A DNA stretch of 64,000 bases from Candidatus Daviesbacteria bacterium (GTDB lineage Bacteria; Patescibacteriota; Microgenomatia; Daviesbacterales; UBA10151). Made by a program: the position numbers and the translations under genes. The stretch's first letter is position 1. Every line of letters starts with the position of its first letter. Below, one piece after another: positions 46,459 to 57,233 of the stretch. The stretch covers positions 212,368 through 276,367 of the forward strand of contig CP066688.1 of assembly GCA_016432425.1 (NCBI GenBank). Direction: 5' to 3'. The notes beneath the pieces are model-generated. The model was not told where the DNA came from and ran no database searches. It worked only from the letters and a program-made list of their open reading frames with translations.

Positions 46459-47353
46459 TTAAAGCCAGCCCCCTTTCCGCTAACTTCTCGGAAATCAAAC
46501 TGAGAGATTTACTGCCTAAATTTTTAGCTTTCATTAACTCTGCCCGCTGTACATTAATTAAATCCTCAACAGTATTTAGATCAATGGCCTTCAGCGCATT
46601 GGAAATACGCACCGGCAGATCTAACTCGTCAATAGTCATTTTCAAAACTTCTTCTGAAAGCTTAGAGCTGACCACCGGCTCTGGTTCTTCTTCTGCCGGT
46701 TCAAACACTTGTTTAAATTGAGCAGCCAAAATTCTAGCTCCTTCCTCCAAAGCTACCTGAGGATCCATAATACCATCAGTGGTCACCTCTAAAATTAATC
46801 TGTCAAAATCAGAGCGGCGTCCCACCCGAGTAGGTTCGACATTATAATTAACAGCAAACACCGGAGAAAAAATGGCATCAATAGGGATTATGCCAATTTC
46901 ATTGTATTTACGCTCTTCCGCTTTAGAATAACCCAAACCTTTTTCGGCAGTCATTTCTATATTGAGTTTACCTTTATCAGTGGTAATGGTGGCAATGGGA
47001 GCATCTTTAGTCACTATCTCTCCATCACCCAAAACCTCAATATCTTTAGCGGTAACAGTTTTCTTGCCAGTTACTGATAATTTTAATTTAATGGGACTGG
47101 CAGAAAAAACTTTCACCCTGACCCGCTTTAGATTCAGGATAATTTCAATAACATCCTCTGAAACTCCTTCAATAGTAGAAAATTGATGGGACACACCGTC
47201 TATTTTAACGCTGGTGATAGCACTGCCTGGCAAAGCACTCAGGAGTGTTCTTCTTAAACTATTGCCAACAGTGTGGCCAAAACCCGCCTCTAGGGGTTCT
47301 AAAATAAATTTAGCAAAATTCGCTTTATTTGTATCAACTTTTATTCTAAACAT
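46448..47353 (-). CDS. rpoA: RNA polymerase alpha subunit
   Basis: EPLEAGFGHTVGNSLRR, DAIFSPV, NLGSKS alpha-CTD. Confidence 0.98.
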   Translation of the reverse strand: MFRIKVDTNKANFAKFILEPLEAGFGHTVGNSLRRTLLSALPGSAITSVKIDGVSHQFSTIEGVSEDVIEIILNLKRVRVKVFSASPIKLKLSVTGKKTVTAKDIEVLGDGEIVTKDAPIATITTDKGKLNIEMTAEKGLGYSKAEERKYNEIGIIPIDAIFSPVFAVNYNVEPTRVGRRSDFDRLILEVTTDGIMDPQVALEEGARILAAQFKQVFEPAEEEPEPVVSSKLSEEVLKMTIDELDLPVRISNALKAIDLNTVEDLINVQRAELMKAKNLGSKSLSLISEKLAERGLALSEA

Positions 47354-47373
47354 ATATTTATTATTTATTAATT

Positions 47374-47973
47374 TTAACGGCTGTAATACTCTACAATCAA
47401 TGGCTCACTAATTGATTGTTCCATCTCCTCCCTTTGTGGCATTCTTAAAACCTTGCCCACGGTAGCTTTTCGCTCCAGCCACTCTGGCAAGGTTTTAGAT
47501 TCCTCTAAGGCTTTTTTAACCTGTATATTATCCACTATTTTGGGCGATAATGCAATAGTTTGCCCTGCTTTAACCAAATACGAAGGAATAGTCATCTTCT
47601 TTCCATCAACACTGATATGTCCATGGGTAATGTATTGGCGAGCTTGGTTACGGCTGGCAGCAAAACCTAATTTGTAAACCACATTATCCAACCTACTTTC
47701 CAAAAACTCTAATAACCGCTCTCCTGTACTACCTTTTTCTCGACTGGCCATTTTATAATATTTAGAAAATTGTTTTTCTAAAATTCCAAAAAGCCTCTTG
47801 GCTTTTTGTTTTTCCCGCAGTTGTATCCCATATTCAGATACCCTCCTTCGGCGGGAAGGCTTACCAGTCATCGTGGCAGAGGCTTTTCTTTCCATATATT
47901 TAACATCTTTAGGGAAAAGCGGGATTCCTTCTCGACGGGATAATTTTCTTTTGGGACCGGTAAACCTGGCCAT
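47374..47973 (-). CDS. rpsD: 30S ribosomal protein S4
   Basis: QLREKQK, ESRLDNVV, VEYYSR. Confidence 0.98.
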   Translation of the reverse strand: MARFTGPKRKLSRREGIPLFPKDVKYMERKASATMTGKPSRRRRVSEYGIQLREKQKAKRLFGILEKQFSKYYKMASREKGSTGERLLEFLESRLDNVVYKLGFAASRNQARQYITHGHISVDGKKMTIPSYLVKAGQTIALSPKIVDNIQVKKALEESKTLPEWLERKATVGKVLRMPQREEMEQSISEPLIVEYYSR

Positions 47974-48356
47974 TACACTCTTCTCCTTTTTTTCATCCTG
48001 GGACCATTGTGAGGGATAGGTGTGACATCGGCAATCATAGTGATGTTAATACCTGCTCCCCTTAAAGCCTTAACAGCTGCATCACGTCCAGGGCCTGGAC
48101 CTTTAATATAAACTTCACAAGTGGTTAAACCTAGCTCTTTAGCCTTGCGGGACACATTCTCTACTGCCGAGATAGCAGCAAAGGGGGTAGCTTTTCTGGC
48201 TCCTTTAAAACCAGCCCCACCAGAGGATCCCCACACCAGCGTATTACCCGATAAATCAGTTAAAGTTACAATAGTATTGTTAAAAGTGGCAGTCACATAT
48301 AGTCTGCCGCTGCTTACTCTTTTCTCTACTTTTTTTGTTTTTTTTATGTTTGCCAT
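47973..48356 (-). CDS. rpsK: 30S ribosomal protein S11
   Basis: [22 protein letters not shown]. Confidence 0.98.
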   Translation of the reverse strand: MANIKKTKKVEKRVSSGRLYVTATFNNTIVTLTDLSGNTLVWGSSGGAGFKGARKATPFAAISAVENVSRKAKELGLTTCEVYIKGPGPGRDAAVKALRGAGINITMIADVTPIPHNGPRMKKRRRV

Positions 48357-48358
48357 TT

Positions 48359-48751
48359 TTATCCTCCTGCTGTCTTAGTTTGAGCTTCTTTGCTTGAGGC
48401 TCCCACGGTTTTTCTTTTACCTCTCCTGGTCCGGGCATTACTTCTGGTTCGTTGGCCCCGAGAAGGCAGACTCCGACGATGCCGCAGCCCCCGGTAACTA
48501 CCAATATCCTCTAATCTTTTAATATTTTGTTCCACTTCCCGGCGTAAATCTCCTTCCACCGCAAATCCTTCTAACGCTTTTTGAATGCGGCTGATTTCTT
48601 CCTCAGTTAAATCAGCAATTTTTTTCAAAGGATCTACCTTGGAACTGGCAATAATTTTTTTAACATTACTAGGGCCAATGCCATACAAATAGGTCAGGCC
48701 AATACTAACTTTTTTATTATTTGGTAAATCTACTCCAAGTATACGTGCCAT
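48359..48751 (-). CDS. rpsM: 30S ribosomal protein S13
   Basis: [28 protein letters not shown]. Confidence 0.98.
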   Translation of the reverse strand: MARILGVDLPNNKKVSIGLTYLYGIGPSNVKKIIASSKVDPLKKIADLTEEEISRIQKALEGFAVEGDLRREVEQNIKRLEDIGSYRGLRHRRSLPSRGQRTRSNARTRRGKRKTVGASSKEAQTKTAGG

Positions 48752-48757
48752 ATTTTG

Positions 48758-48830
48758 TTTTGGACTTTTCTGAAAAATCTCCTTCTCGCGAATTATTTAC
48801 TTCTCACGAAAAGTCCAGTTCGACCTCCTT
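48758..48830 (-). repeat. SD + TGGAC...GTCCA hairpin element upstream of rpsM
   Basis: RNA sense AAGGAGGU-CGAAC-UGGACUUUUC...GAAAAGUCCA-AAACAAAAU-AUG. Confidence 0.7.
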
Positions 48831-48872
48831 CTATTATTAAGTTAAAATTAAAAAATTCTAAATTCATAATTT

Positions 48873-48989
48873 TTACCCTTGACGCTGCTTATGTTTAGGA
48901 TCACGCGGACAAATTACATACAAAGTTCCCTCGCGTTTGACGATTTTGCAAAATTTACATATTGTTTTGATACTAGCTTGTACTCTCAT
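48873..48989 (-). CDS. rpmJ: 50S ribosomal protein L36
   Basis: Manual translation [38 protein letters not shown]. Confidence 0.97.
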   Translation of the reverse strand: MRVQASIKTICKFCKIVKREGTLYVICPRDPKHKQRQG

Positions 48990-48990
48990 G

Positions 48991-49230
48991 TTAACCTTTT
49001 ACCCTAAAGGTAATTCTACCCTTATCCAAATCATACTTAGGGCTCATCTCTGCCCTGACTAAATCCCCCACCATCAACCTAATATAATGCATTCTCATTT
49101 TGCCGGAAATATGGCACAAAATTATCCGACCTACCATCTCCGGCAGATCCTTGCTTTCAGTTACCTCTACTCGAAAAAGAGTATTAGGCAAAACTTCTAC
49201 TACTTTACCAATAACTTCAATTGTATCCAT
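48991..49230 (-). CDS. infA: Translation initiation factor IF-1
   Basis: [21 protein letters not shown]; start MDTIEV. Confidence 0.95.
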   Translation of the reverse strand: MDTIEVIGKVVEVLPNTLFRVEVTESKDLPEMVGRIILCHISGKMRMHYIRLMVGDLVRAEMSPKYDLDKGRITFRVKG

Positions 49231-49283
49231 TAAACTTACACTAAATTTGAACCTATTAATTCTACCAAAACTAGCTGGCACCG

Positions 49284-50036
49284 TCAACCCACTATGGGAT
49301 AAGTTAAAATTTCCGCCTCAGATTTGCCCACAATAATACTTATCTCAAAAAGGCCTGATAAAGACTGATCCGCCGTAGAAATAGTCCAACCATCGCCGTC
49401 TACCACTACTTCAAAATTTCCTTGAGTGTAAATCACTTCAATAGCCAAGGTCATACCAGGTTTCAATTTTAAACCTCTTCCCGGCCTACCGTAACCGGGT
49501 ATTTCCGGCTCTTCATGTAAATCCCGTCCTACACCATGGCCCACTAAACTTCTCACCACCCCATATCCGCCACCCTCAACCTTATTTTGAATAGCGCAGG
49601 ATATATCGCCAATTTTGTTCCCTGCCACTGCCTGTTCAATACCCAACTTTAGAGCTTCTTGACCGACTTGTAAAAACTTTTCTTTGCCTTGATCTTGACC
49701 GACCAAAACAGTCCAGGCACTATCAGTATGCCAACCCTTAAACACCGCTCCAGTGTCAATACTGACTACATCTCCCTCTTTGATTTTTCGCTCTGAAGGC
49801 ACCCCATGGACTACTTCTTCATTAAAAGTAATACAAATGGCATAGTGATAACCTGGCACAGTTTTAAAAGAGGGTTCCCCGCCCAACCTTTTAATTTCCT
49901 CCTCTGCTATTTTATCCAACTCTAAACCAGTTACTCCCACTTTAATTTCTTCCAAAACTTTTTTTAAAACCAGAGAGGTAATTCGGCCGCTTTCTCTCAT
50001 CAGCTCTAACTCTTTTTCCGACCTTGGTTTAACCAT
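49284..50036 (-). CDS. map: Methionine aminopeptidase type I
   Basis: NEEVVHG, SIDTG, WHTDSA, GHGVG..LHEEP. Confidence 0.96.
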   Translation of the reverse strand: MVKPRSEKELELMRESGRITSLVLKKVLEEIKVGVTGLELDKIAEEEIKRLGGEPSFKTVPGYHYAICITFNEEVVHGVPSERKIKEGDVVSIDTGAVFKGWHTDSAWTVLVGQDQGKEKFLQVGQEALKLGIEQAVAGNKIGDISCAIQNKVEGGGYGVVRSLVGHGVGRDLHEEPEIPGYGRPGRGLKLKPGMTLAIEVIYTQGNFEVVVDGDGWTISTADQSLSGLFEISIIVGKSEAEILTYPIVG

Positions 50037-50566
50037 TACAAAATCCCTCTAATATTAGCTTGTATTACTTCCACTATTGGCCGGCCGTCAATCACATGTA
50101 AGATACCCTGTTTTCGATAATAATCTGTAATAGGTTCTGTTTCTTGATGAAACAACCTAATTCTTTCTGCCACTGTCTCCGGGTTATCATCGGAGCGTCC
50201 CCGAACCTGCATTCTTTTGATCGCCTCTTCATCCGGCAGCTCTAAATAAAAAACCTCACTAAAGCGGGGATCGAACAACTTAATTTGATTTAAGGTGCGA
50301 GGATAACCATCTAGCACAAAACCATTTTGACAGTCTTTCTCCCTTAACCTCTTTTCTACCAACTGGGCCATTTTTTCATCCGGGACTAGTTGTCCTTGAT
50401 CTAAAATATCTTTAATCCACAAGCCTTCTTCACTGTTTTCGCTAGCCTTGCTTCGCAAAATTTCCCCCGTCCCCACATAAGGAATTCCCAGGAACTGCGC
50501 CAATGGTTTAGCTTGCGTGCCCTTGCCTGATCCTGCAACTCCAATAAAAAAAATTCGATAGCTCAT
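50036..50566 (-). CDS. adk: Adenylate kinase (short, no LID)
   Basis: [22 protein letters not shown]. Confidence 0.95.
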   Translation of the reverse strand: MSYRIFFIGVAGSGKGTQAKPLAQFLGIPYVGTGEILRSKASENSEEGLWIKDILDQGQLVPDEKMAQLVEKRLREKDCQNGFVLDGYPRTLNQIKLFDPRFSEVFYLELPDEEAIKRMQVRGRSDDNPETVAERIRLFHQETEPITDYYRKQGILHVIDGRPIVEVIQANIRGIL

Positions 50567-51864
50567 CTGGAATTACCTCTGCTTAAAAAAACTTCATAAC
50601 TTCGCTCCACCAGCTTACTTTCGAAAAGTTTGGCAGTATCCATAATCACTGAGACCACGATCAAAAGCCCGGTTCCACCCAAAATTAAAGTGGTAATACC
50701 GGTAACTTGCGAAGCCAGGGAAGGCAAAATGGCAATGAGACCTAAAAAGATTGCTCCCGCCAAAGTGACTCTCACCAGAATATAATTTAAATAAGCGGCG
50801 GTAGCGCTACCGGGCCGGATACCGGGAATAAAAGCGCCTGATTTTTTAACCTCATCGGCAATTTTAGTGGGGTTAAAAATAACTGCTGTATAAAAATAAG
50901 TAAATCCTACTACCAAACCAAAATAAACTAAATTATAAATTAAACCCTGGGGAGAAAAATTAGCGTTTAACCAATGGCCCAAAAAACTAAGCTGGGGTTG
51001 GTTGGCGCTGGATAAAAATCCCCCTAAAAATGAAGGGATCAATACTAAAGAGATGGCAAAAATAATGGGGATAACTCCAGCTTGATTTACCCGAAGAGGC
51101 AAATAAGTTTTATTACCTCCGGTTTCTCTGCCGCCGATAAAACGCCGGGCATATTCTACGGCAATCTGTCTTCTCCCCTCATTAACATAGACCACTCCCG
51201 CTACCACCAAAACAAAAAGGCCTAAGAAAATTAAATAATTAATAATTTGAGTTTGATCTACCACAGTAACTGTTTGCGTTAATACTACTGGCAAACGGGT
51301 GACAATTCCGGCAAAAATTAGGAGAGATATACCATTACCAATGCCATTTTCTGTAATTAACTCCCCCAACCACATTAAAAATATAGTCCCGGCAGTCATC
51401 CCCACCATGATAGAAAAAACCTGCAGGGGACTGATGCTATTTAAAATCCCCTGATTTTTCAGCAAAGTTACCATCCCAATTGATTGCACCAGCGAGAGTG
51501 GCACTGTTAAATATCTGGTATATTGAGTAATAATTTGACGGCCCATTTCTCCCTCTTTAGATAAAGCTTCCAATTTCGGCACAATCATAGTCAAAAGCTG
51601 CATAATAATTGAAGCATTAATATAAGGATTAAGTCCCAAAGAAATAATGGAAAAATTAACTAAAGTCCCGCCGGAAAAAATATCCAGCAGCCCCAACAGT
51701 TGGTTACTGGCAAAAAGTGCTCTGAGCTGATTTAAATCCACTCCTCCTACCGGAATATGAGCCACCAGACGGGAAATAACAATGATCGCAGCAGTGAAGA
51801 TAATTTTTTTCCGTAGTTCGGCAATTTTAAAAGCATTGATGATCGGGGCAAACAGATCAGCCAT
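50563..51864 (-). CDS. secY: Preprotein translocase SecY
   Basis: [35 protein letters not shown]. Confidence 0.98.
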   Translation of the reverse strand: MADLFAPIINAFKIAELRKKIIFTAAIIVISRLVAHIPVGGVDLNQLRALFASNQLLGLLDIFSGGTLVNFSIISLGLNPYINASIIMQLLTMIVPKLEALSKEGEMGRQIITQYTRYLTVPLSLVQSIGMVTLLKNQGILNSISPLQVFSIMVGMTAGTIFLMWLGELITENGIGNGISLLIFAGIVTRLPVVLTQTVTVVDQTQIINYLIFLGLFVLVVAGVVYVNEGRRQIAVEYARRFIGGRETGGNKTYLPLRVNQAGVIPIIFAISLVLIPSFLGGFLSSANQPQLSFLGHWLNANFSPQGLIYNLVYFGLVVGFTYFYTAVIFNPTKIADEVKKSGAFIPGIRPGSATAAYLNYILVRVTLAGAIFLGLIAILPSLASQVTGITTLILGGTGLLIVVSVIMDTAKLFESKLVERSYEVFLSRGNSR

Positions 51865-52288
51865 TAATTACTTCTCCTCCGGCTTTTTTTATAGCTTCTT
51901 TAGCAGACTGGGAAGTAGGGAGTTTAACAGTGAGGGGATTTTTTAAATCAGCTGTGCCTAGAATTTTGATACTTCTCTCTGAAGATTTTTGAGGGATGAT
52001 ACCTGTTTTGACCAAAGCCTCCACATCTACTGTTGATTTGGATTTGAAATTTAGCAGTTTTTCTAAAGGAATTGCTAAAACCTTGTCTTTCTTTTGCGGA
52101 TTACCCTTACCCCGACGCAGAGGCAGTTTGCGATATAGGGGCAAACCCCCACCCACGAAAGTAGCCGGAACAGCGCCTCGGGCTTTTTGGCCCTTGCTAC
52201 CCCTGGCAGCAGTTTTACCTTTACCGGAACCTATTCCCCGGCCGATTCTTTTTTTATTTTTTTGTTTAACTTTTGGCAAATTGATCAT
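51857..52288 (-). CDS. rplO: 50S ribosomal protein L15
   Basis: [19 protein letters not shown]. Confidence 0.97.
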   Translation of the reverse strand: MINLPKVKQKNKKRIGRGIGSGKGKTAARGSKGQKARGAVPATFVGGGLPLYRKLPLRRGKGNPQKKDKVLAIPLEKLLNFKSKSTVDVEALVKTGIIPQKSSERSIKILGTADLKNPLTVKLPTSQSAKEAIKKAGGEVING

Positions 52289-52737
52289 TTTCTATTATTA
52301 TCCTTTATCGGGCGTAAGTGTTGCAAAGCTTCAAAAGTGGCATAAACATTAGAAGCTTTATTTTTAGTTCCTAAAATCTTAGAAACAATATCAGTAATTC
52401 CGGCAGCTTCTACCACTACCCTAACCGGACCCCCAGCAATAACTCCGGTTCCGGACGGAGCCGGTTTGAGCAGTATTTTAGCTGCCCCATATTTAATATA
52501 AACCTGATGAGGAATAGTCGTTCCTCTCATGGGGATTTTCACCAAATGTTTCTTGGCATAAGTATTAGCTTTTCTCACTGCTGATTGCACATCTCCTGCT
52601 TTACCCAGCCCCACTCCGATTTGACCTTTTTTATCTCCCACTACCACCAAAACAGAGAGTGACCTTTTATCTCCACCCTTAGTTTTTTTAGAAACTCTAT
52701 TTACTTGCACTACTTTTTCAAAAAATTCATTTTCCAT
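52285..52737 (-). CDS. rpsE: 30S ribosomal protein S5
   Basis: RVSKKTKGG, VVGD, GTGVIAGG. Confidence 0.97.
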   Translation of the reverse strand: MENEFFEKVVQVNRVSKKTKGGDKRSLSVLVVVGDKKGQIGVGLGKAGDVQSAVRKANTYAKKHLVKIPMRGTTIPHQVYIKYGAAKILLKPAPSGTGVIAGGPVRVVVEAAGITDIVSKILGTKNKASNVYATFEALQHLRPIKDNNRK

Positions 52738-53072
52738 TAAAATTTAAGTCCTCCTTCTCTGGCCCCTCGGGCCACTTCTGCCACCCGTCCATGAAAAATA
52801 AAACCACCCCGGTCAAATACTACCGAAGAGATCTTTTTCTTATCGGCTGCCTCTGCTAACATTTTACCAACCCGATAAGCTTTCTCCTTTTTTGAGCCAT
52901 TTTTAATTTTTAAATCCGAGGCTGCTACCAAAGTTACTGCTTGGCTATCATCAATAATCTGAGCATAAATATGCTGACCAGACCTGAACACTGACAGTCT
53001 GGGGGTTTTGGTATTCCCGCTAATTTGCTGTCTAATTTTATGATGAATTTTGTCTCTTAAAGTTTTTTTCAT
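52737..53072 (-). CDS. rplR: 50S ribosomal protein L18
   Basis: PRLSVFRS, VFDRGG, AREGGLKF. Confidence 0.97.
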   Translation of the reverse strand: MKKTLRDKIHHKIRQQISGNTKTPRLSVFRSGQHIYAQIIDDSQAVTLVAASDLKIKNGSKKEKAYRVGKMLAEAADKKKISSVVFDRGGFIFHGRVAEVARGAREGGLKF

Positions 53073-53620
53073 GTTGCCCCTCCCACCTTTCCGGCTTTGC
53101 CAGGTTTCTTTCGAATATATTCTCCTTCATACCGAATTCCTTTACCCTTATAAACATCCGGCACTTTAATTTTTTTAATATTGGCTGCTATTTGACCAAC
53201 TAACTGCTTATCTATCCCAGAAACTTTAATTTTTACACTGTCTCTCACTTCAAAATTAATTCCCTCCGGGGCCTGAACTTCAACCGGATGAGAAAAACCA
53301 ACATTTAAAGTCAGTTTATCTCCGCCACCGGCTGCCCGAAAACCCACTCCAAAAAGCTCCAAATTTTTAGACCAACCCTCACTTACTCCCATAACCATAT
53401 TAGCTATCAAATTTCTAATTAAACCATGCAAAGCTCGCAATTTTGGTTCATCATTTTTTCTTTTCACTAAAACTTGACTGTCGTCCACCTCCACATTAAT
53501 TCCCCGATGAATCATTAACTCCAAACTACCTTTTGGTCCAGCAACCACTATTTTACTACCAGTTTTTTCAACGGTGACTGAATTTGGTATTGATATTGGT
53601 AAGTTGCCGACTCTACTCAT
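53069..53620 (-). CDS. rplF: 50S ribosomal protein L6
   Basis: MSRVG, GPKG, GFSHP, YKGKGIRY. Confidence 0.97.
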   Translation of the reverse strand: MSRVGNLPISIPNSVTVEKTGSKIVVAGPKGSLELMIHRGINVEVDDSQVLVKRKNDEPKLRALHGLIRNLIANMVMGVSEGWSKNLELFGVGFRAAGGGDKLTLNVGFSHPVEVQAPEGINFEVRDSVKIKVSGIDKQLVGQIAANIKKIKVPDVYKGKGIRYEGEYIRKKPGKAGKVGGAT

Positions 53621-53995
53621 TTAGTGCACCTCCGCCATTACTTCTCCCCCTAAGTTTTTTTGTCTGGCTTCTTTAGTGGTCATCACTCCCGCAGGAGTGG
53701 AAACAATAGTTATCCCCAAACCCCGGTTGTTAGGTAAAAATTTAGCCCCTTTGTAAACTCTCAAGGAGGGTTTGGAAATACTGCGCACAAAAGTTAGAGC
53801 AGGCTCTTTGTTGGTATATTTTAATTCTACAAAAAGAAATCTGCCTTGCTGACTAAAGTTAGTAATGTAACCTTCTTGTTTTAAGAGAGTCAATATGGCC
53901 ACTACTAGCCTGGAATAGTTAACCAGCACTTCTTTTTTGGAAGCTCGGTAACTGTTTTTTATTCTGATTAAAGTATCTGCCACTTTATCTACCAT
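53621..53995 (-). CDS. rpsH: 30S ribosomal protein S8
   Basis: [21 protein letters not shown]. Confidence 0.96.
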   Translation of the reverse strand: MVDKVADTLIRIKNSYRASKKEVLVNYSRLVVAILTLLKQEGYITNFSQQGRFLFVELKYTNKEPALTFVRSISKPSLRVYKGAKFLPNNRGLGITIVSTPAGVMTTKEARQKNLGGEVMAEVH

Positions 53996-54168
53996 GATGC
54001 CTTTCTGACTCCAGGTAACTCGCCCTTGTGGGCCAGTTCCCTAAAGCAAATCCTACACAGTCCAAATTTTCGCAAATACGCTCTGGAGCGGCCACACCGT
54101 TGGCAACGGTTTTTAATTTGGACTGCATATTTATAATTTTTTTTAACAATATTACTTGTCTTTGCCAT
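53989..54168 (-). CDS. rpsN: 30S ribosomal protein S14, zinc-binding type
   Basis: Manual translation MAKTS...[40 protein letters not shown]. Confidence 0.96.
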   Translation of the reverse strand: MAKTSNIVKKNYKYAVQIKNRCQRCGRSRAYLRKFGLCRICFRELAHKGELPGVRKASW

Positions 54169-54169
54169 A

Positions 54170-54712
54170 TCAACTCCTAAAAGGCATTCCTAAATATTCT
54201 AATAATTTTTGACTTTGCTCTTTGTTTTTAGCATCAGCCACTATAGTTACTGCCAAACCTCTAACTTTATCGACATCTTTATAATCTACTTCCGGGAAAA
54301 TAGTTTGTTCTCTAAGACCAATATTTAAATTTCCCTGACTATCAAAAGATTTAAGACTTAGTCCCCGGAAATCCCTGACTTTAGGCAAAACTATATTAAT
54401 AAATTTATCCAAAAAAGCATACATTTTATCTCCCCGCAGAGTCACCATCATCCCCACTGTTTGGCCTTTACCCACTTTAAAAGAGGCAATTGATTTTTTA
54501 GCCAAAGTGACCACCGGCGTTTGGCCGGACAAACTTTTAACATAGGCCCTAGCTTTATCCAAAACTGCCGCATTTTCTTTCGCTTCACCCAAACCAATAC
54601 TGATGATAATTTTGGAAAGCTTAGGCGTAGCCATTTTATTGGTAATATTAAACTCAGCCATCAATTTTGGCTGTACTTCTTCTAAATATTTTTGTTGCAG
54701 TCTATTTGACAT
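54170..54712 (-). CDS. rplE: 50S ribosomal protein L5
   Basis: [22 protein letters not shown]; start MSNRL. Confidence 0.97.
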   Translation of the reverse strand: MSNRLQQKYLEEVQPKLMAEFNITNKMATPKLSKIIISIGLGEAKENAAVLDKARAYVKSLSGQTPVVTLAKKSIASFKVGKGQTVGMMVTLRGDKMYAFLDKFINIVLPKVRDFRGLSLKSFDSQGNLNIGLREQTIFPEVDYKDVDKVRGLAVTIVADAKNKEQSQKLLEYLGMPFRS

Positions 54713-55025
54713 TTTTACCTCCAATTACTTTTTTGCATTTTTTACAAAATCTTAACTTTTGGCTGCCTTCCATTTTAAAACCTACCCTGGTTATCTTTTT
54801 ACAGTTGGGGCAGATTAAAACCACATTAGAAATATCCATCGGCTTACTAAGATCTAAAATGCCTCCCTCTATATCTCCCTGTTTCTTTACATGCCTTTTG
54901 TAAACATTAAGGCCATTTATCGCAATTTTATTTTTACCAGTTAAAACACGCTCAATAATCCCTGTTTTACCCCGATCTTTTCCTAATAGTATTTGTACTT
55001 GATCACCTTTTACTATCTTTTTCAT
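54702..55025 (-). CDS. rplX: 50S ribosomal protein L24
   Basis: KGDQV..GKDRGKTG KOW motif, ISNV; start MKKIV. Confidence 0.96.
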   Translation of the reverse strand: MKKIVKGDQVQILLGKDRGKTGIIERVLTGKNKIAINGLNVYKRHVKKQGDIEGGILDLSKPMDISNVVLICPNCKKITRVGFKMEGSQKLRFCKKCKKVIGGKNVK

Positions 55026-55035
55026 TTTTATCCTT

Positions 55036-55407
55036 TCACCATATCTCCTGAGCGAGTGAGGCAATTTTAGTAAAACCTGCATCTCGGACTTCTCTGGCAA
55101 TGGGTCCAAAAACTCGAGTGGCCCGCAGAGCCCCATCTTTATCTACAATTACAGCAGCATTATCATCAAATTTAATATAAGATCCGTCCTCCCGGCGTCG
55201 TTCTTTTCTAACCCTCACAATAACCACTCTAACTATTTCGCTCTTTTTAACCTGACCATTAGGATCAGCACTTTTTACCACTGCTACTGCCAACTCTGCT
55301 AAACCGGCTTTTCTTTTGCCTGATCCTCCCAAAGGCTGAATAATCTGGACCGCTTTAGCCCCAGAATTATCAGCTACTGTTAATATACTTCTGTGTTGAA
55401 CTGCCAT
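55036..55407 (-). CDS. rplN: 50S ribosomal protein L14
   Basis: [21 protein letters not shown]. Confidence 0.98.
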   Translation of the reverse strand: MAVQHRSILTVADNSGAKAVQIIQPLGGSGKRKAGLAELAVAVVKSADPNGQVKKSEIVRVVIVRVRKERRREDGSYIKFDDNAAVIVDKDGALRATRVFGPIAREVRDAGFTKIASLAQEIW

Positions 55408-55408
55408 T

Positions 55409-55843
55409 TTATTTTTGGACAGATTTGGTACGTGTCTTAGACTTCTTTTTGGCTTGATCTGCCAAATTGTCCACTACGACCTTGGTCTGTTTACCTCCGT
55501 TAATTCCTTGTTTTTCATTTTCTATATTCATAGTAGTATCTTCTTCCTTTTCCTCCGGCATTACTTCTTCTATTTGTTTCTCTGCCTGTTCTTTCAATTG
55601 CACCTGCGCCACTTCGGCAAAATTCTGTCCCAAAACTTTGACAATTTGCCAATGTTTATTTTTAGAAATTGGTTTCACTTTAACAAATTCCACAATGTCT
55701 CCCAACTTTACTCCCATCGGGTCATCAACCAGATACCTTTTAGATCTGGCAAAAACTTTTTGATACAGGGGATGTTTGACAGAAAATTCCAACAACACCA
55801 CTGCTGATTTTTGCATTTTATTAGAAATTACTCGTCCAACCAT
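55409..55843 (-). CDS. rpsQ: 30S ribosomal protein S17 with long C-terminal extension
   Basis: [22 protein letters not shown]. Confidence 0.95.
   Translation of the reverse strand: MVGRVISNKMQKSAVVLLEFSVKHPLYQKVFARSKRYLVDDPMGVKLGDIVEFVKVKPISKNKHWQIVKVLGQNFAEVAQVQLKEQAEKQIEEVMPEEKEEDTTMNIENEKQGINGGKQTKVVVDNLADQAKKKSKTRTKSVQK
55413..55498 (-). repeat. 86-bp direct repeat, copy 1 (SD + hairpin), in the rpsQ 3' end
   Basis: Matches 55850-55935 with 5 mismatches by manual alignment. Confidence 0.95.
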
Positions 55844-56175
55844 TATTTCTTTTGGACAGATTTGGTACGTGTCTTAGACTGCTTTTTGGCCTTTTCTGCC
55901 AAATTGTCCACTACGACCTTAGTCTGTTTACCTCCTTTTTTAGATTCATTAACTTCATTTTTAGTTTCTAATTCTTCTAAAAACTGTTTTTGCCTTAACA
56001 CTGTCTGCAAAAGCGCTAATTCTTTTCTTTTTTTAAAGACCGCCTTACGGTCAGTTAATTTATTCATATTTTTATCCAAGATTAAGTCCTGGATCTCTGC
56101 CCGAGCAGTTTTAATTCTTTGAACTAGTTCTTTGTTATCTAAATTTTTAATCTGCTCTACTAAATCTCTTTTCAT
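55843..56175 (-). CDS. rpmC: 50S ribosomal protein L29 with C-terminal extension
   Basis: Position between rplP and rpsQ; [14 protein letters not shown]. Confidence 0.9.
   Translation of the reverse strand: MKRDLVEQIKNLDNKELVQRIKTARAEIQDLILDKNMNKLTDRKAVFKKRKELALLQTVLRQKQFLEELETKNEVNESKKGGKQTKVVVDNLAEKAKKQSKTRTKSVQKK
55850..55935 (-). repeat. 86-bp direct repeat, copy 2 (SD + hairpin), in the rpmC 3' end
   Basis: Matches 55413-55498 at offset 437. Confidence 0.95.
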
Positions 56176-56588
56176 GCATTTCTCCTGACAATTTGTGTTT
56201 TAAGCGGCAATTTGTGAGCTGCTAAACGCAAAGCTTCATCAGCTACCTCGCGGCTAACTGCTCCCATTTCAAAAATTAATTGTCCTGGTTTAATAACTGC
56301 CACATAACCTTCTACATCACCTTTACCAGAGCCCATCCGAGACTCAGCCGGATGTTTGGTAATTGGCTTATCCGGAAAAGCTCTAATCCAAATCCTGCCT
56401 CCCCGCTGGGTATAATGCGCCATGGCTCGACGGGCGGCTTCAATTTGGCGGCTGGTAATCCAACCGGAGATCAAGGATTTTAGTCCAAATTGACCAAAGG
56501 ACAAAGTATTATTGCGGGTTGCCACCCCACCTCTTTTCCCTCGAAAAGCTTTGCGATATTTGGTTCTTTTTGGTTGCAGTAGCGCCAT
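56172..56588 (-). CDS. rplP: 50S ribosomal protein L16
   Basis: [24 protein letters not shown]; start MALLQ. Confidence 0.97.
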   Translation of the reverse strand: MALLQPKRTKYRKAFRGKRGGVATRNNTLSFGQFGLKSLISGWITSRQIEAARRAMAHYTQRGGRIWIRAFPDKPITKHPAESRMGSGKGDVEGYVAVIKPGQLIFEMGAVSREVADEALRLAAHKLPLKTQIVRRNA

Positions 56589-56589
56589 A

Positions 56590-57231
56590 TTAGCCTTCAA
56601 ACTCCCCTCTGTTAATCCAAACTTTTACTCCCACAAACCCGGATTTGGTTAAAGCCGGGAAACTGGCAAAATCAATATCCGATCGCAGAGTGTGCAACGG
56701 GAGGGTGCCGGCAGATTTACCTTCTTTGCGGGCAATCTCTGCTCCCCCAATTCGACCGGCCAGTTTAACTCTGACTCCTTTAGCCCCAGCTCTCATCACC
56801 CGATCAATAGCCTGGTTCATCACCCGGGCAGCTGGTAATCTTCTAATTAGCTGTTCTGCCACCCATTGGGCCACTAAATAAGCAGACAAATCGGCTGATT
56901 TTAACTCCCTGGGAACAATTTCCAGCGCTCCTTCATCTTTAATTTTTAGCTCTTTCATCAAGAATTTTTTAAGCTCGGTCAGCCCGGTGCCACCCCGGCC
57001 AATCAAAACTCCCGGGCGGGCCACATTCACAATCACCCTCACTTTATTAATAGAACGTTCAATTTCTACCAACCCCACCCCGGCTGGTTTTAGTTTATTT
57101 AACAGCAACTCTCTAATTTTTAAATCCTGTAAGACAAACTGTTGGTATTTATCTCTGCCGGCAAACCAACGGGAACGCCAATCAACTCCTACCCCAACTC
57201 TAAAACCAATCGGATGAACTTTTTGACCCAC
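56590..57231 (-). CDS. rpsC: 30S ribosomal protein S3
   Basis: [28 protein letters not shown]. Confidence 0.98.
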   Translation of the reverse strand: MGQKVHPIGFRVGVGVDWRSRWFAGRDKYQQFVLQDLKIRELLLNKLKPAGVGLVEIERSINKVRVIVNVARPGVLIGRGGTGLTELKKFLMKELKIKDEGALEIVPRELKSADLSAYLVAQWVAEQLIRRLPAARVMNQAIDRVMRAGAKGVRVKLAGRIGGAEIARKEGKSAGTLPLHTLRSDIDFASFPALTKSGFVGVKVWINRGEFEG

Positions 57232-57233
57232 GG

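Noticed and set aside
53985-54173. Track ORF MIWQRQ...
   Set aside because: Wrong frame; the real gene is rpsN at 53989-54168.
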